64,000 bases of DNA from a virus (Duplodnaviria; Caudoviricetes). Of this stretch, positions 10,133 to 20,572 are shown one piece after another. Under the pieces are notes generated by a model. It ran no database searches, had not been told where the DNA came from, and saw only the letters and a program-made list of their open reading frames with translations. The position numbers and the translations under genes were made by a program. Location: IMG/VR virus record IMGVR_UViG_3300028832_000122, positions 1-64,000 of that record. One strand, 5' to 3'. Each line of letters opens with the position of its first letter. Position 1 is the first letter of the stretch.

Positions 10133-10451
10133 CCCCGATCACCTCCAGGATTTTGAAAGAGGCGGGTTTCATCGGTGTATACACGCTGCCGTCCCGGAAG
10201 ATGATCCGCACGTCCCACCAGTACTGCCCGAACGGCAGATCCGTGTCTGGCTGAATCAGAAGCACAAACGCCTGGTCGTTCTCAATCGTGATCTTCTTTT
10301 CCCAGATATGAACATCACTTGTCTTTGTCTTTTTCAGGCTGACCTCTGCAATGCATCCGTCTTCCGGTTTATCGTTCCCTGTAAACGTAACCGTGAATGC
10401 GCCAGTGTCCCCGCGCGAGATCTCAATATCCCGACCGTTAAGGTTCATCAT
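10122..10451 (-). CDS. BppU N-terminal-like baseplate/tail adaptor protein
   Basis: IEISRGDTGAFTVTF...GQYWWDVRI motif; paralog of 11104..11634. Confidence 0.55.
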   Translation of the reverse strand: MMNLNGRDIEISRGDTGAFTVTFTGNDKPEDGCIAEVSLKKTKTSDVHIWEKKITIENDQAFVLLIQPDTDLPFGQYWWDVRIIFRDGSVYTPMKPASFKILEVIGDGR

Positions 10452-10481
10452 GTTCCTCGCCTCCTTCCCCGTCAGCGTTCC

Positions 10482-11087
10482 TTACGCGGTGCGCAGCCAG
10501 AAGTGTACCGCTCCGCCACTGTCGCCGTCTTCCAGCTCTGCATACCCGCGCTTGCCGGTCTTCAACTGTGCCCATGTCGCTGTAATTGCGATCTCGACCC
10601 ATGTCCCTGTGAACGTCGGTGCTTCATCGCCGACCGTCATGTAGATGCTTCCGACAGGGTAACTCTCGCTGACGATTCCGCCTATGGCGTCCGCAACACT
10701 CTGTGCTCCTGGCGTACTGCTCATCGGGATGTCTGCCGCCGTCCACGCTTTGATATCGTTAATGTCTGACGTGTTCGTCGCAATGTTCGTCGTGTTCGTT
10801 CCGACCTGCGTTGCAATCTTCGGAGCACCCTGCTCTGCTGTCAACGGAATATCTGCGCCCGTACGTGCGTTAATCGACGCAACATCCGCCTGAAGGTCAC
10901 CGAGTTTGTCTCCGACAGCCCATGCGTCTGCAGCCATACCGTGGATTTCAAGCGTCGTATCCGTCGGGTACGCCGTCATGCCGGAAACCTCGAGGTCGAG
11001 TTCGATCAGCGGGATACCGCCCAGTTCTTCTATGCTCTGCTGTATGCTTTCTTCCGTTGCACTTGTATTGGTGTTTACTTCAGACAT
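10482..11087 (-). CDS. Tail fibre-related protein
   Basis: Two internal (T)xADIP repeats and C-terminal YPVGSIYMT...FTGTWVEI motif. Confidence 0.55.
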   Translation of the reverse strand: MSEVNTNTSATEESIQQSIEELGGIPLIELDLEVSGMTAYPTDTTLEIHGMAADAWAVGDKLGDLQADVASINARTGADIPLTAEQGAPKIATQVGTNTTNIATNTSDINDIKAWTAADIPMSSTPGAQSVADAIGGIVSESYPVGSIYMTVGDEAPTFTGTWVEIAITATWAQLKTGKRGYAELEDGDSGGAVHFWLRTA

Positions 11088-11103
11088 GATCTCACCTCCT
11101 GTA

Positions 11104-11634
11104 TCAGATCTCGCCGACGACCGTCAGCATGTTCATACTCATCGGCAGATTCGGCGTAATGACCTGATCACCGTCCACCGGTTTGCGGAAGTCAGCGCAC
11201 ATCCAGTGCGACGACGTCCATTCCTCGCTCGTGCTGATGTCCTGCTTCGCAATGTAGTACGTTCCGCCATGCATGCACTTCGTGTCCTTTGCCACAGGGA
11301 ACTGCAGCTCGTCATAAGGCGTCCACGTTCCTTCCGGCGGGTCTGTGTCGTAATGCGGATTGATAACATACCGCACGTCCCATGTGTATCCGCCTGCAGC
11401 AAGATTCTCCGTGTCCTGGTTTGTGAACACGACGATGAACGCATTGTTCACCATCGGGTACGCCTTCTGCCGTTTCAGTGCGCCAGATCCGTCCTTGATT
11501 GAAAACAGTACCCTGTCGCACTCGCCGAATGTATACGCTGCTCCCGTGTCACGCCTGGTCACGGTTGCGTGGAATCTGACAGCGCCCGTATCGCCCCTGG
11601 AGATTGTGATATTCGTTCCTTCCACACTGAACAT
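11104..11634 (-). CDS. BppU N-terminal-like protein with inserted small carbohydrate-binding-like module
   Basis: NITISRGDTGAVRF...GGYTWDVRY; insert WTPY...CMHGGTYYIAKQDISTSEEWTSSHW resembles CBM5/12. Confidence 0.5.
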   Translation of the reverse strand: MFSVEGTNITISRGDTGAVRFHATVTRRDTGAAYTFGECDRVLFSIKDGSGALKRQKAYPMVNNAFIVVFTNQDTENLAAGGYTWDVRYVINPHYDTDPPEGTWTPYDELQFPVAKDTKCMHGGTYYIAKQDISTSEEWTSSHWMCADFRKPVDGDQVITPNLPMSMNMLTVVGEI

Positions 11635-11663
11635 TTTTTCACTTCCTTCTCTGTTGAATGGAA

Positions 11664-11707
11664 AAAGGCATCGGATGAAAAGTTTTCACTCATCATTCGA
11701 TGCCTTG
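11664..11707 (-). terminator. Hairpin followed by U-tract, directly downstream of an internal promoter
   Basis: AAGGCATCG...CGATGCCTT stem then TTTTT on minus strand. Confidence 0.6.
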
Positions 11708-11727
11708 TAAATCTTCAGTTCAATTAC

Positions 11728-11756
11728 ATTCTACACGATAATACTACTTGGTGCAA
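11728..11756 (-). promoter_or_regulatory. Putative SigA promoter
   Basis: TTGCAC-17-TAGAAT on minus strand in an AT-rich intergenic region. Confidence 0.6.
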
Positions 11757-11764
11757 TAAGATTA

Positions 11765-13741
11765 TTACATGTAAATATAATAGTACTTTGTTCCAGAACC
11801 ACCAGTAATTGTTGCTGGAAATCTTACATACCGACCCTTACCATCCTGATTTAAATAGGCTTGTACAAGTGCTTGTGCAAGTGAACTAAGCCCACTTCCA
11901 CTCGGTTTCGATGTTGACCGTGTTATTTCGCCTGCTCCACCTGCATAAAGTTGTATGTCGCTCGCAGTCGGAATAGTTGGTGCGGCGACAGTATACTTTA
12001 CCGTTGTCGTAGTTCCATCTGATTTGGTGTAAACATCTTGAATAGTCCACCGTTGAGCAGATGATAACGTCTTAATAGTTGTTTCACTGTTTGTTGCATC
12101 TCTTGTCGTTCTTGTTCTCTGCCCTTGTCCGTAATCCCATCCAGCATTATATCCAGCGCTATAACCATCGTTATATCTGTCTGCTTTTGAAGCCACCGTA
12201 TATTTTACATCCGACGTAGTCCCGTTCGGTGCTGTATATGTGTCAACAATTGTCCATCTCTGTCCGTAATCCAGCGTCTTGACTGTCAGTTCCTGGCTGG
12301 TTGCATCCCTTGTTGTCCTTGAACGTTGCGATTGACCGTATGTCCAACCGTTATTATATGTTGTTGCAGTGCTTATGGATCCCTTCGTTAATCCGCTTTC
12401 GTCCATCTTTAATATTACTGTCTTTGATCCTGCGTTCTCCTGAAGTACCATTTTTGAAGATGTAATATTATTAGCAGCAACACTCGGATTGTCTTTGTAT
12501 ACCTTTGCATATATAGTTGAATTTGGGTTTGGACTTCCTTCAACAGTAAGATATACGCTTGTGCTCGGGGGTGTGCCATTGATTATGCCATCCGTTGCGG
12601 AAACATTGTATGTTGTGCCGGTCCATCCTCCGCTTAATGAAACGGCCCTATTAAAAGTCCATGTTGGGTCGCCTGTTTTTGACGCCCCATGTTTCCATAG
12701 TTTTAAAGTGCTGCCTGCAACATCAGCTTTGATAATCATGTCCTTTATATCATCGGACGATAGTGACTGAACATCTGCGCTCTGAGAGCTTGACCCACCT
12801 ACAAGTCTTAATGTTTTTCCCTGAATATAGTTCAAGTTATCGAGGCCTGCCTGAATATTGCCGGAGATAATAAGACTCCCACCGGATACACTCAGCATGC
12901 CTTTTACGGTTGTATCTCCGTCAAGACTTATTTTATCAGCAGATATCAGAACGCTACTGCTGCTGTTATTAATAGACGTAACAATCGCTGCAGGCTTTAT
13001 TTCAGGATGAGCATCGTTCGTAACAACAAGGTCAATTCTTCCAGCCTGTGTCGTGATTCTTGACCTTAATCCGCCAGGATCATATACTTCATGATACAGG
13101 CCATCTGCCGTGTTTGCCAGTGTACTGAAACTTCCGTTTGTATCATACACTTCATGATACAACCCGTTCACGGTATTCCGCAGCGTGCTGAATCGCCCAT
13201 CCGTATCATACACTTCATGATACAGTCCGTTTACGGTATTCTGTAATTTACTGAACCGGCCTTTCGAGTCATACACCTCATGGTACAACCCATTCGCTGT
13301 ATTCTGAAGCTTACTGAACCGACCGTTTGTATCGTACACTTCATGATACAGTCCGCACACAGTCACTTCCAGCTTGCTGAAGCGTCCCTGCGAGTCGTAC
13401 ACCTCGTACAGAAGGTGATCCTGGTTCACCTCGTACACGTACATGTTCTCGTCGTTCCGCACGCCGCTTCCGCCACGGTTGTACTTCTTCTTCTCAGCCT
13501 TCGACACAGCATCACGCTTTTCGTTGCCTGTGCTGTTGATCTCAACCGTCGGCGTCTTACCCTTCCACGACATGGAAGAATTATGCACGGTACCCTGGTA
13601 AGTCTGCCCGTCCCGCGTTAAGGTCACCCTGTCGCCAGCTTCAAGCGACCAGTCCGAGAATGTGCTCGCACTCATCGGTCTTGTGGACGAATTGTTCAGC
13701 CTGTCATAAATCCCGCTCAGACTTGCGCCTGTTACCGCCAT
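11765..13741 (-). CDS. Tail tip/host-specificity protein with internal repeats
   Basis: Follows Dit/Tal-like genes; 21-aa GLYHEVYD repeats and two Thr-rich ~68-aa repeats. Confidence 0.7.
   Translation of the reverse strand: MAVTGASLSGIYDRLNNSSTRPMSASTFSDWSLEAGDRVTLTRDGQTYQGTVHNSSMSWKGKTPTVEINSTGNEKRDAVSKAEKKKYNRGGSGVRNDENMYVYEVNQDHLLYEVYDSQGRFSKLEVTVCGLYHEVYDTNGRFSKLQNTANGLYHEVYDSKGRFSKLQNTVNGLYHEVYDTDGRFSTLRNTVNGLYHEVYDTNGSFSTLANTADGLYHEVYDPGGLRSRITTQAGRIDLVVTNDAHPEIKPAAIVTSINNSSSSVLISADKISLDGDTTVKGMLSVSGGSLIISGNIQAGLDNLNYIQGKTLRLVGGSSSQSADVQSLSSDDIKDMIIKADVAGSTLKLWKHGASKTGDPTWTFNRAVSLSGGWTGTTYNVSATDGIINGTPPSTSVYLTVEGSPNPNSTIYAKVYKDNPSVAANNITSSKMVLQENAGSKTVILKMDESGLTKGSISTATTYNNGWTYGQSQRSRTTRDATSQELTVKTLDYGQRWTIVDTYTAPNGTTSDVKYTVASKADRYNDGYSAGYNAGWDYGQGQRTRTTRDATNSETTIKTLSSAQRWTIQDVYTKSDGTTTTVKYTVAAPTIPTASDIQLYAGGAGEITRSTSKPSGSGLSSLAQALVQAYLNQDGKGRYVRFPATITGGSGTKYYYIYM
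13075..13430 (-). repeat. About six tandem 63-bp (21 aa) coding repeats GLYHEVYDxxGRFSxLxNTxN
   Basis: Repeats of ATCATACACTTCATGATACA at 63-bp period. Confidence 0.9.
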
Positions 13742-14895
13742 TAACTCACCCCCCTCAGCAGCGGATTATCCTGAATCAGATACGCCTGTTTGCCCGTTCC
13801 TCTCGACTTACTGTAGCTTCCGTCAGACCCACGGTTCACAACCTTGTCAACGTTCGGCGTTTCATACCAGTACGGGTCAAACTCGGCGTAGTTGTACTCG
13901 TTCAGCGAATGCGACGATGCATGCACCCAGTCAATAATCAGTTCCCCGTCCCTGTTAAACCTTGCGTTGCCTCCGGCCGCCTCCGCAATCCACTTCACCA
14001 CGTCGCGCATTGTCGCATGGTTAAAGTCCTTCGGTTCTTCCGTAAGTTTTGCACTGCTGTTGATGAACGAATCCGTCCCCAGAACCACATCCGCATAATC
14101 GCATATCTTCTCCAGCAGTTTCTTAAACGTGACGGGATATGTTATTCCGAGTTTGTTCTTGCTCGGCATGTCATCTTCGAGCTTCATCATGAAGTCATTG
14201 CATGTCATGCTGATAAGAATCGTGTCCGGTGCCTTTGGGCGTTCCGCTGTAAAGTACCCGAGCGGTACAAACTCATACGTGCTCTTCTTGCCGGAGTCAT
14301 AAACGTCAAGCATCCTCGTCGAGTTGTCATAGCAGAAACTCCGGCCTGCCCATCCTTTCACCTTGTTCTTCATGAATGCATTCAGACTGTATGAACCCGT
14401 AATGTTCTCGCCGGTGTACACATACGCAGCATGTCTTACGTCACCGTTAATCTCGCCAAATGCGAACACAACGCCGTTGTACCCGAGCATGCTTTTGACA
14501 GGGAATGACGGTTGTGCAGACGCCGCGACGCCGTTCCTCCGAACGTACGGATACACATCATGCCCCGTCCACGTAGCGCCTCTGACAACAACCTTCACGC
14601 CGTCTGTCTGCTGATACTGAGATTCACCAATCAGCACGCCAAGCGTTGCCAGAAAGTCTCCGAACGCATAAGTGTTCAGCAGCCTGTCGTCATTGAACAG
14701 GTTGAAACTGATCTCGTTCGACACTGCCTGACCGATGGCGATATCCTCTTCAAGGTTAAAGTAATCCCTGAACTCAATGCCTGCCTGCACGTCAATGTCA
14801 TCGTTCGTGAACACGGCATCCTCGAAGATCAGCAACGCCATCTGATCCGCTCCGTCCGCTACCGCCTGGTGAAAGGCTGCGCTTGCGTTGTACAT
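13741..14895 (-). CDS. Minor tail/baseplate protein
   Basis: Position downstream of TMP and distal tail gene; TMRDVVKWIAEAAGGNARFNRDGEL motif. Confidence 0.7.
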   Translation of the reverse strand: MYNASAAFHQAVADGADQMALLIFEDAVFTNDDIDVQAGIEFRDYFNLEEDIAIGQAVSNEISFNLFNDDRLLNTYAFGDFLATLGVLIGESQYQQTDGVKVVVRGATWTGHDVYPYVRRNGVAASAQPSFPVKSMLGYNGVVFAFGEINGDVRHAAYVYTGENITGSYSLNAFMKNKVKGWAGRSFCYDNSTRMLDVYDSGKKSTYEFVPLGYFTAERPKAPDTILISMTCNDFMMKLEDDMPSKNKLGITYPVTFKKLLEKICDYADVVLGTDSFINSSAKLTEEPKDFNHATMRDVVKWIAEAAGGNARFNRDGELIIDWVHASSHSLNEYNYAEFDPYWYETPNVDKVVNRGSDGSYSKSRGTGKQAYLIQDNPLLRGVS

Positions 14896-14906
14896 CGTCC
14901 CACTCC

Positions 14907-15290
14907 TTAATACTCAATGAACTTCAGCTTCAGGCTGAACACTGCCTTGTCGTCCCTGTTCTTCAGATAGTAGTTGCAGCTTCCCGTACGGTCGCCGACG
15001 TAGTAGTTTCCCTTGTACATCGTGTTGAACGTACGCGGATCCGGTGCGGTCAGTTTAAACTTCGGCTTCTGCACAGCGTTGACGATGTGCTGGAGCATTT
15101 CCCACTCGATGGCGTTCCACTCGAACTCGTAGTTGATCTTCGTTGCAACATACGCCCTGTGGAGCAATCCCCTTGCATCACGGCTTCCGCTCGTGTCCAG
15201 GTCGCCGACCTGGTACGTCCACTTGGACGGGTCGGGGATTTGCGCTTCCCCGACCTTTATGCCCATATCGTACTTATACGGATAAACCAT
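14907..15290 (-). CDS. Distal tail (Dit-like) protein
   Basis: 127 aa immediately after TMP; PDPSKW...DLD..GSRDARG...YVGDR motif. Confidence 0.65.
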   Translation of the reverse strand: MVYPYKYDMGIKVGEAQIPDPSKWTYQVGDLDTSGSRDARGLLHRAYVATKINYEFEWNAIEWEMLQHIVNAVQKPKFKLTAPDPRTFNTMYKGNYYVGDRTGSCNYYLKNRDDKAVFSLKLKFIEY

Positions 15291-15304
15291 CTTCTACCTC
15301 CATA

Positions 15305-18300
15305 TCAGTAATTCTCACCAGACGACCTGTTCCACATGTTTCCGCTCCGCTGATTGTGCTGGCCCCAGTCCGCAGAAGGTTTAACAACCACGGTCCAATC
15401 CTTGTTCAGTATCCGACTGAGCTGCATCATAATAGATTGCAGTTCGCTTACAACGTTTTGGTTTGCGGAAGTTGCTGCTGTTGCCATGCTGTTCGCCATC
15501 TGGTTGTAGTCGATGCCGCCTGACGCAGGTTCGGTTGTCGTTGTCGGCCTGTACATCGGATTATAATCAGGTGTTTTTGCAACTGAACCAACCGTTCCTT
15601 CAAGCGGATTTACGAACGAGCGGTTGCCCATATTCACAGGATTAGTCCCACTATTGCCCTTCCAATTCCAACCGTACTCTTCGCCAATCTGATCAAGTAC
15701 TTTCTGCACAATATCTGAACCGTAGTCTTGTACAAGCTGTAATATCCTTTGGTCATAGTTATATCTGTCAATGTCACCATTGTTCATACCAGCAAGTACT
15801 TCAAGTGCTTGGTCTTTAATGAACTGTGCCTGGTAGAACTGTTCCTGCCGTTCATGAAGCTGTTGTGCATATGCCTCTGAATCTTCAAGCGTATCGAATA
15901 TACCAAGATGCTTTCCAGTTTGCTTATAATTTTCAATTGCTTCGTCAAGTTCAAGTTGTTTTCCATCAACAACCGTAGGAATGACAATATACTTTCCGTC
16001 AATTTCAATCGTTGAAGAGTTTTCTGTGCTGAAGGATCCATCTCCGTTGTTAAGGATCTGTCTGTTGTTGAGGTCAATGTTCCCCATTCCATAATAAGAT
16101 CCTTGTGTTGGAGCATTATCAAAGTATTCTTTGAATTTCAACTTAATATCCATTTCATACACATTGTTTTCATCAAGGCCAAGATACTCTCTTATGAAAT
16201 TGTCGAGAACTTTCTTTCTTCTTTCTCCGCCCTGTATATCAAGCATTGAAAGTGACGGATCGCCAATGCCATATGCATTAGTTATTGCATCCTTTATCTC
16301 TTGACTTACAGTACCTCCGGAATCTTCGATTTGTTGCACAAGCGGGGCAACGAATTTAATAAGATATTGTGCTACTTCCTGCCTGTTAGGAAGTCCATTC
16401 TCATCTGTCTTCAGGAATTTAATTCCTTCGAGAGCATTATTGATAATTGAACCGTATGCGCTCTGTACTGATTCCTTTACCTTGTTTTTTCTGTCTTCAG
16501 CTTCCCCTATGATGTTCTGCTCAATCTTATCAAGAAGCTCCTTGTTTGCATTGTACTGATCTTCACCAATAAAGTACCTAAGCACCTCGTTCTGACTTCT
16601 GAGATCATCCAATGCCTGTTTCCCAGCGGCAAGGCCATCTTCGATTTCTTGATATGCGTCTGCGCTCGCTGTTCCAATATTGCCAATAAACGCAAACACT
16701 TTTTCTGTATCACTCAAGTCAAGATTTTCAGCCTCAAGTGCTAAGTTCTGCATTGTTGATACAGCAACATCATTTGCTTTCGCAAGACTTTCAACATACT
16801 GCTCGTATTCAAGAATTTCTTCTTCCGACGCCTCATTCATAACAATCTTATCAATAAGCGTATCCATTCTTTCTTTGAATTGCGCCTGACCTTCAGTAAG
16901 TCCCTTTTGCATTTTCAGGGTTTCTATACGAAGTTCTCTCGCGGTCTTGCGAATTTCCTCAACAGAAGAATTCAAACTGAGGCTCAGTTCTTCAAGCACA
17001 GTAGTAAAGCTGTCCGTTGTTATTCCTGCAAAACTGCTAAATACAGTTTCCCATGCCTTCTTGAACCTATCTGCCTCGTCTTGCGTGAGTGCGTCATCTC
17101 CATTTATAATGCCTGTAAAATTGTCAATAGCGCCTAAAGCATCCGCAAGGTCTTGCTTTAACTGTGGTACATTTTTATATACATCAACAACAATTGCATA
17201 TCCGTTTGATGCTTTGTCAAATCGCTTTTGAATTTCTGCAAACAATTCCTCTACATCTATTCCGCCTTCATTTTTGCGTTCAAAAGCTTCTTTTGCGGCT
17301 TCTTCTGCGGTTTTAATTGACTCAACGTAGTACGTAATTGCTGCAGCAGCAGTAAACATTACTGTTGAGAAAGTAAGTCCAGCCACAACACTTGCCGCAG
17401 CCTCGCCGGTCATAACAACAAATCCAGCTACTGTAAACATGTCAGCAATAATCTTTTTGATTCCTGCTACTACTTTAAGACCCCTTGATTTATCATTTTC
17501 AGGATTTGCCAGTGCAATACCGTATGAAATGCCTCCACTCACAGCCATTGCCAGACCAAACGTAAGAGCACCTGTTCCTTCTCCAAGAACAGACTCCACT
17601 ATTGTTCCGGCTAAATAATCTCCAACAATATTTGTCAAAACGTCTGCGACAAGCCAACCTGCATCTCCATCTTTCAAATATTGTTTGTCAATTATATTCG
17701 TCGCTTCCCACGTAAACGTAATTATGCCAGCTGCTGCAGCAAGCGAACCGATCGTTCCAAGGACTCCTTCAAATACCTTGCTTATTTTCCATCCAAGAAT
17801 TGCTGCACCTATATCGATAGCTGCACGCTTTACGGAATCTAAGTTTTCTTTAATGGTATCAATAATGCTCTTTAATTTATCGTTGAACTTGTCAACCTGC
17901 TCGAACATGTTCATATAATCTTCTGCTGCGGTTGTTGTGCCTCCACCGCCGCCTCCGCCGGCTTCGCTTTGGATTATGTTCAGTTCATCCCAGTCGGCAA
18001 GCAAATCTTTTACAGCTGCAGACGCTTTTTTTGCAGACTTTGTTTGGTCATCATATGCTTTTTTTGTTTTCTCAACAGCACGAGTCCATGTTTTTTGTCC
18101 GCGAATCAATGCAAAGAATTGATTTACATAATTTATTATTTCAATAAACCATTTTACAATACTTTGCAGAATCGGAATCAGTGACTGCAGCAAAGGCGCA
18201 AATGCTGCACCAATGCTATTCTTCATTTTTTCAAGAGAAGAAGCAGCGCTATCCATTGCTAGCGCGAATTCTCCGCCTATCGCCTGTGAATAATAGTATA

Positions 18301-20071
18301 CGTTTTTTATTCCTTCGCTTAATCCAGATGCTAACTGCCTAATTGCGTAACGCATCGTGCGCATAATTATCATGCCCTTAAAACGTTTTGCAAGTCCGGT
18401 AAGCGTAGGGAACAAGGCTTTCATATTCGAGCCAAGGTTCTTAATTCCGCTTTTTATTGCATCTATTGAATGGCTTAATGTAGGGCCAACTGCATTTGCA
18501 AAACGGTGCAAAAGCGAAATATGTTCAGACATACTCGCATTTGTTTCTTGTATTGCTGGGTTTTCTTTTGCAATTTCTTCACCAATTGTAAACCTAAAAG
18601 AAGACCCTTCTGCCTCAAGCAACTCATTTACCTTTGCTTTAACATCATCAACGGTCATTCCAAACATCCTGGCGGTTTCTTTAAATGCATACAGTTGTTC
18701 TCTTTCTGTTCCGTTTCCATGCAACCAATTAGACATTAAATCGTTTTCCCTTTGGCGTCCAAAGCTAATGCCTTTAAAAGCATCCTCAATAGATGCATAA
18801 GGCTTTACGTCAGAAAGTTCTTTTTTCACATCCTGTACATTGTTGCGAAGCGTTTCTGTGTTTGCAGCTGCTGTTTCAATTCCATTAGAAACTTTTTCTT
18901 CAATAACTTCACCTGCAGATTGTACTTCATTCTTAACTTGAACAAGATCATTCTGCATTGTTTTCATAGAACCAAGCGCATTGTTTGTTGCTGTTGTAAT
19001 TGTTGCAAATACCGCTTCAGATGATATCTTTGCCGCAACACCATAATTCTCTTTTGATACAGAACCAACAAGGCTTTTTGTAAAATCTCCCGCCTCTTTT
19101 GCTGCACTTATAATAGTGTTTTTAACGGTGTCAGGAAGGTCAATACCTTCCATCATAGTAGCTATTGTACTTTTAATTGCGTCTGCTACTTCCTTTGCCG
19201 CAAGCGGAGCGTTATCTTTTGCGGAAAGAATAGCAGCATTAGTCATATCAGAAAGCACTTTTGCAGCGTCGCCAATTCTACTTCTTACACCTTCTATAAG
19301 TCCTTCAACAGTATACTCGCCAACCTTCTTAAATTCTGTTGACGGCGACGCAATTCCAAGGACTTTTTTTGCGGCATCAAGCATTGCAAGCGCCATTTGC
19401 CTTGCAGCCTCAATTGCCTCACTATCATTGCTGAATATTCCAATTGCAGCACCAGCGGGAATATTTGCGCCCATTGCACTTGCTGTTGCTGATATTTGAG
19501 ATGAATCAATAGCAGAAGATGCAGACACACCTCCTGTTGCAGCGGCTTTTAACTCAGCTATTGATTTTGCATATTCAGATATTGACGTGGCCATTGCACT
19601 GAGGTTTTTTGCATGAGAAGCAAGACTTGTCCCAGTAAGTGATTTTGCTCCTTCACCAATTGCGGAAAGTGCAATTCCAGCCTGATACGCATTATCAGTC
19701 TTCCACTCACCTTCGAGTGCAGCACGAAGATTGTTAAGTTGCGTGCCTGCCTGACCTATTTTTATGCCGTCGCCAACAGCATCTTTAAGTTGCTTAATAG
19801 GCTCTGCATTGAACTGTACACCTTCAAGATCCTTGAAAGCTTTTTTATAACTTGCGATAGAATTAAGGAACGTACCGATGTTCGCAAGTGATTTGCTATC
19901 ATTAACGGCTTTTGTCAGTTTGTTAAGAGGACTGACAATGCCCTTTAAATTCAGTTCTGTACCAACGGCGGTCTGAATACTTTCAAGCGCGCCAGCAAGT
20001 TGGTTAAGACCTTCTGCTGCTTTATTAGCATTGCTTTCAATTGTTAAGCTAAGAACTCCTACATCCGGCAT
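15305..20071 (-). CDS. Tape measure protein
   Basis: 1588 aa, Ala-rich helical, LGIASPS motif, hydrophobic mid-section, follows tail chaperones. Confidence 0.92.
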   Translation of the reverse strand: MPDVGVLSLTIESNANKAAEGLNQLAGALESIQTAVGTELNLKGIVSPLNKLTKAVNDSKSLANIGTFLNSIASYKKAFKDLEGVQFNAEPIKQLKDAVGDGIKIGQAGTQLNNLRAALEGEWKTDNAYQAGIALSAIGEGAKSLTGTSLASHAKNLSAMATSISEYAKSIAELKAAATGGVSASSAIDSSQISATASAMGANIPAGAAIGIFSNDSEAIEAARQMALAMLDAAKKVLGIASPSTEFKKVGEYTVEGLIEGVRSRIGDAAKVLSDMTNAAILSAKDNAPLAAKEVADAIKSTIATMMEGIDLPDTVKNTIISAAKEAGDFTKSLVGSVSKENYGVAAKISSEAVFATITTATNNALGSMKTMQNDLVQVKNEVQSAGEVIEEKVSNGIETAAANTETLRNNVQDVKKELSDVKPYASIEDAFKGISFGRQRENDLMSNWLHGNGTEREQLYAFKETARMFGMTVDDVKAKVNELLEAEGSSFRFTIGEEIAKENPAIQETNASMSEHISLLHRFANAVGPTLSHSIDAIKSGIKNLGSNMKALFPTLTGLAKRFKGMIIMRTMRYAIRQLASGLSEGIKNVYYYSQAIGGEFALAMDSAASSLEKMKNSIGAAFAPLLQSLIPILQSIVKWFIEIINYVNQFFALIRGQKTWTRAVEKTKKAYDDQTKSAKKASAAVKDLLADWDELNIIQSEAGGGGGGGTTTAAEDYMNMFEQVDKFNDKLKSIIDTIKENLDSVKRAAIDIGAAILGWKISKVFEGVLGTIGSLAAAAGIITFTWEATNIIDKQYLKDGDAGWLVADVLTNIVGDYLAGTIVESVLGEGTGALTFGLAMAVSGGISYGIALANPENDKSRGLKVVAGIKKIIADMFTVAGFVVMTGEAAASVVAGLTFSTVMFTAAAAITYYVESIKTAEEAAKEAFERKNEGGIDVEELFAEIQKRFDKASNGYAIVVDVYKNVPQLKQDLADALGAIDNFTGIINGDDALTQDEADRFKKAWETVFSSFAGITTDSFTTVLEELSLSLNSSVEEIRKTARELRIETLKMQKGLTEGQAQFKERMDTLIDKIVMNEASEEEILEYEQYVESLAKANDVAVSTMQNLALEAENLDLSDTEKVFAFIGNIGTASADAYQEIEDGLAAGKQALDDLRSQNEVLRYFIGEDQYNANKELLDKIEQNIIGEAEDRKNKVKESVQSAYGSIINNALEGIKFLKTDENGLPNRQEVAQYLIKFVAPLVQQIEDSGGTVSQEIKDAITNAYGIGDPSLSMLDIQGGERRKKVLDNFIREYLGLDENNVYEMDIKLKFKEYFDNAPTQGSYYGMGNIDLNNRQILNNGDGSFSTENSSTIEIDGKYIVIPTVVDGKQLELDEAIENYKQTGKHLGIFDTLEDSEAYAQQLHERQEQFYQAQFIKDQALEVLAGMNNGDIDRYNYDQRILQLVQDYGSDIVQKVLDQIGEEYGWNWKGNSGTNPVNMGNRSFVNPLEGTVGSVAKTPDYNPMYRPTTTTEPASGGIDYNQMANSMATAATSANQNVVSELQSIMMQLSRILNKDWTVVVKPSADWGQHNQRSGNMWNRSSGENY

Positions 20072-20104
20072 GGTCTTTTCCTCCTCGCTGACGCGCCCGT
20101 ATTC

Positions 20105-20572
20105 TTACTGCCCAGATTCCGCCTGCTTTTTTTCCATGGTCTTATTGAACCTTGCGGTCATTGCCTGGAACATAGCCATAGCAAGCTTGGACTGGTCTTC
20201 CTGTTGTTGTTTGCGAGCCTCTTCCTTCTTCTGCTCCTCGTGCTTCACAAAGAACGGCTTATCCGGATAATCCGGAAGATTCGCTCCCTTTGTGTTGAAG
20301 CCTGCTACGAACAGCGGTACGGCCTGTAGCGCGGCAGCGATGTACTGCCCCATGTACCAGTTATTCGTATCAGCAATCCTCTGCTCGTTTTCGACCCGAA
20401 GCTGATAGGCTTTCCGAAATGCTTTCTTCGTTCCGTACTCGCCGTCCCAGAATATGTCATACGGCATTCCGATTGCAAGGTATTGCGGAAGTGCCTCGTC
20501 AAACATATCTCCATACGGGGTCGGACTCGTCTGCTTGGACTTCTTTTCTTCCTCTGTCAGACGGTCTCCCAC
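20105..20572 (-). CDS. Tail assembly chaperone, downstream ORF
   Basis: YLAIGMPYDIFWDG motif; overlaps upstream chaperone in the -1 frame. Confidence 0.7.
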   Translation of the reverse strand: MGDRLTEEEKKSKQTSPTPYGDMFDEALPQYLAIGMPYDIFWDGEYGTKKAFRKAYQLRVENEQRIADTNNWYMGQYIAAALQAVPLFVAGFNTKGANLPDYPDKPFFVKHEEQKKEEARKQQQEDQSKLAMAMFQAMTARFNKTMEKKQAESGQ

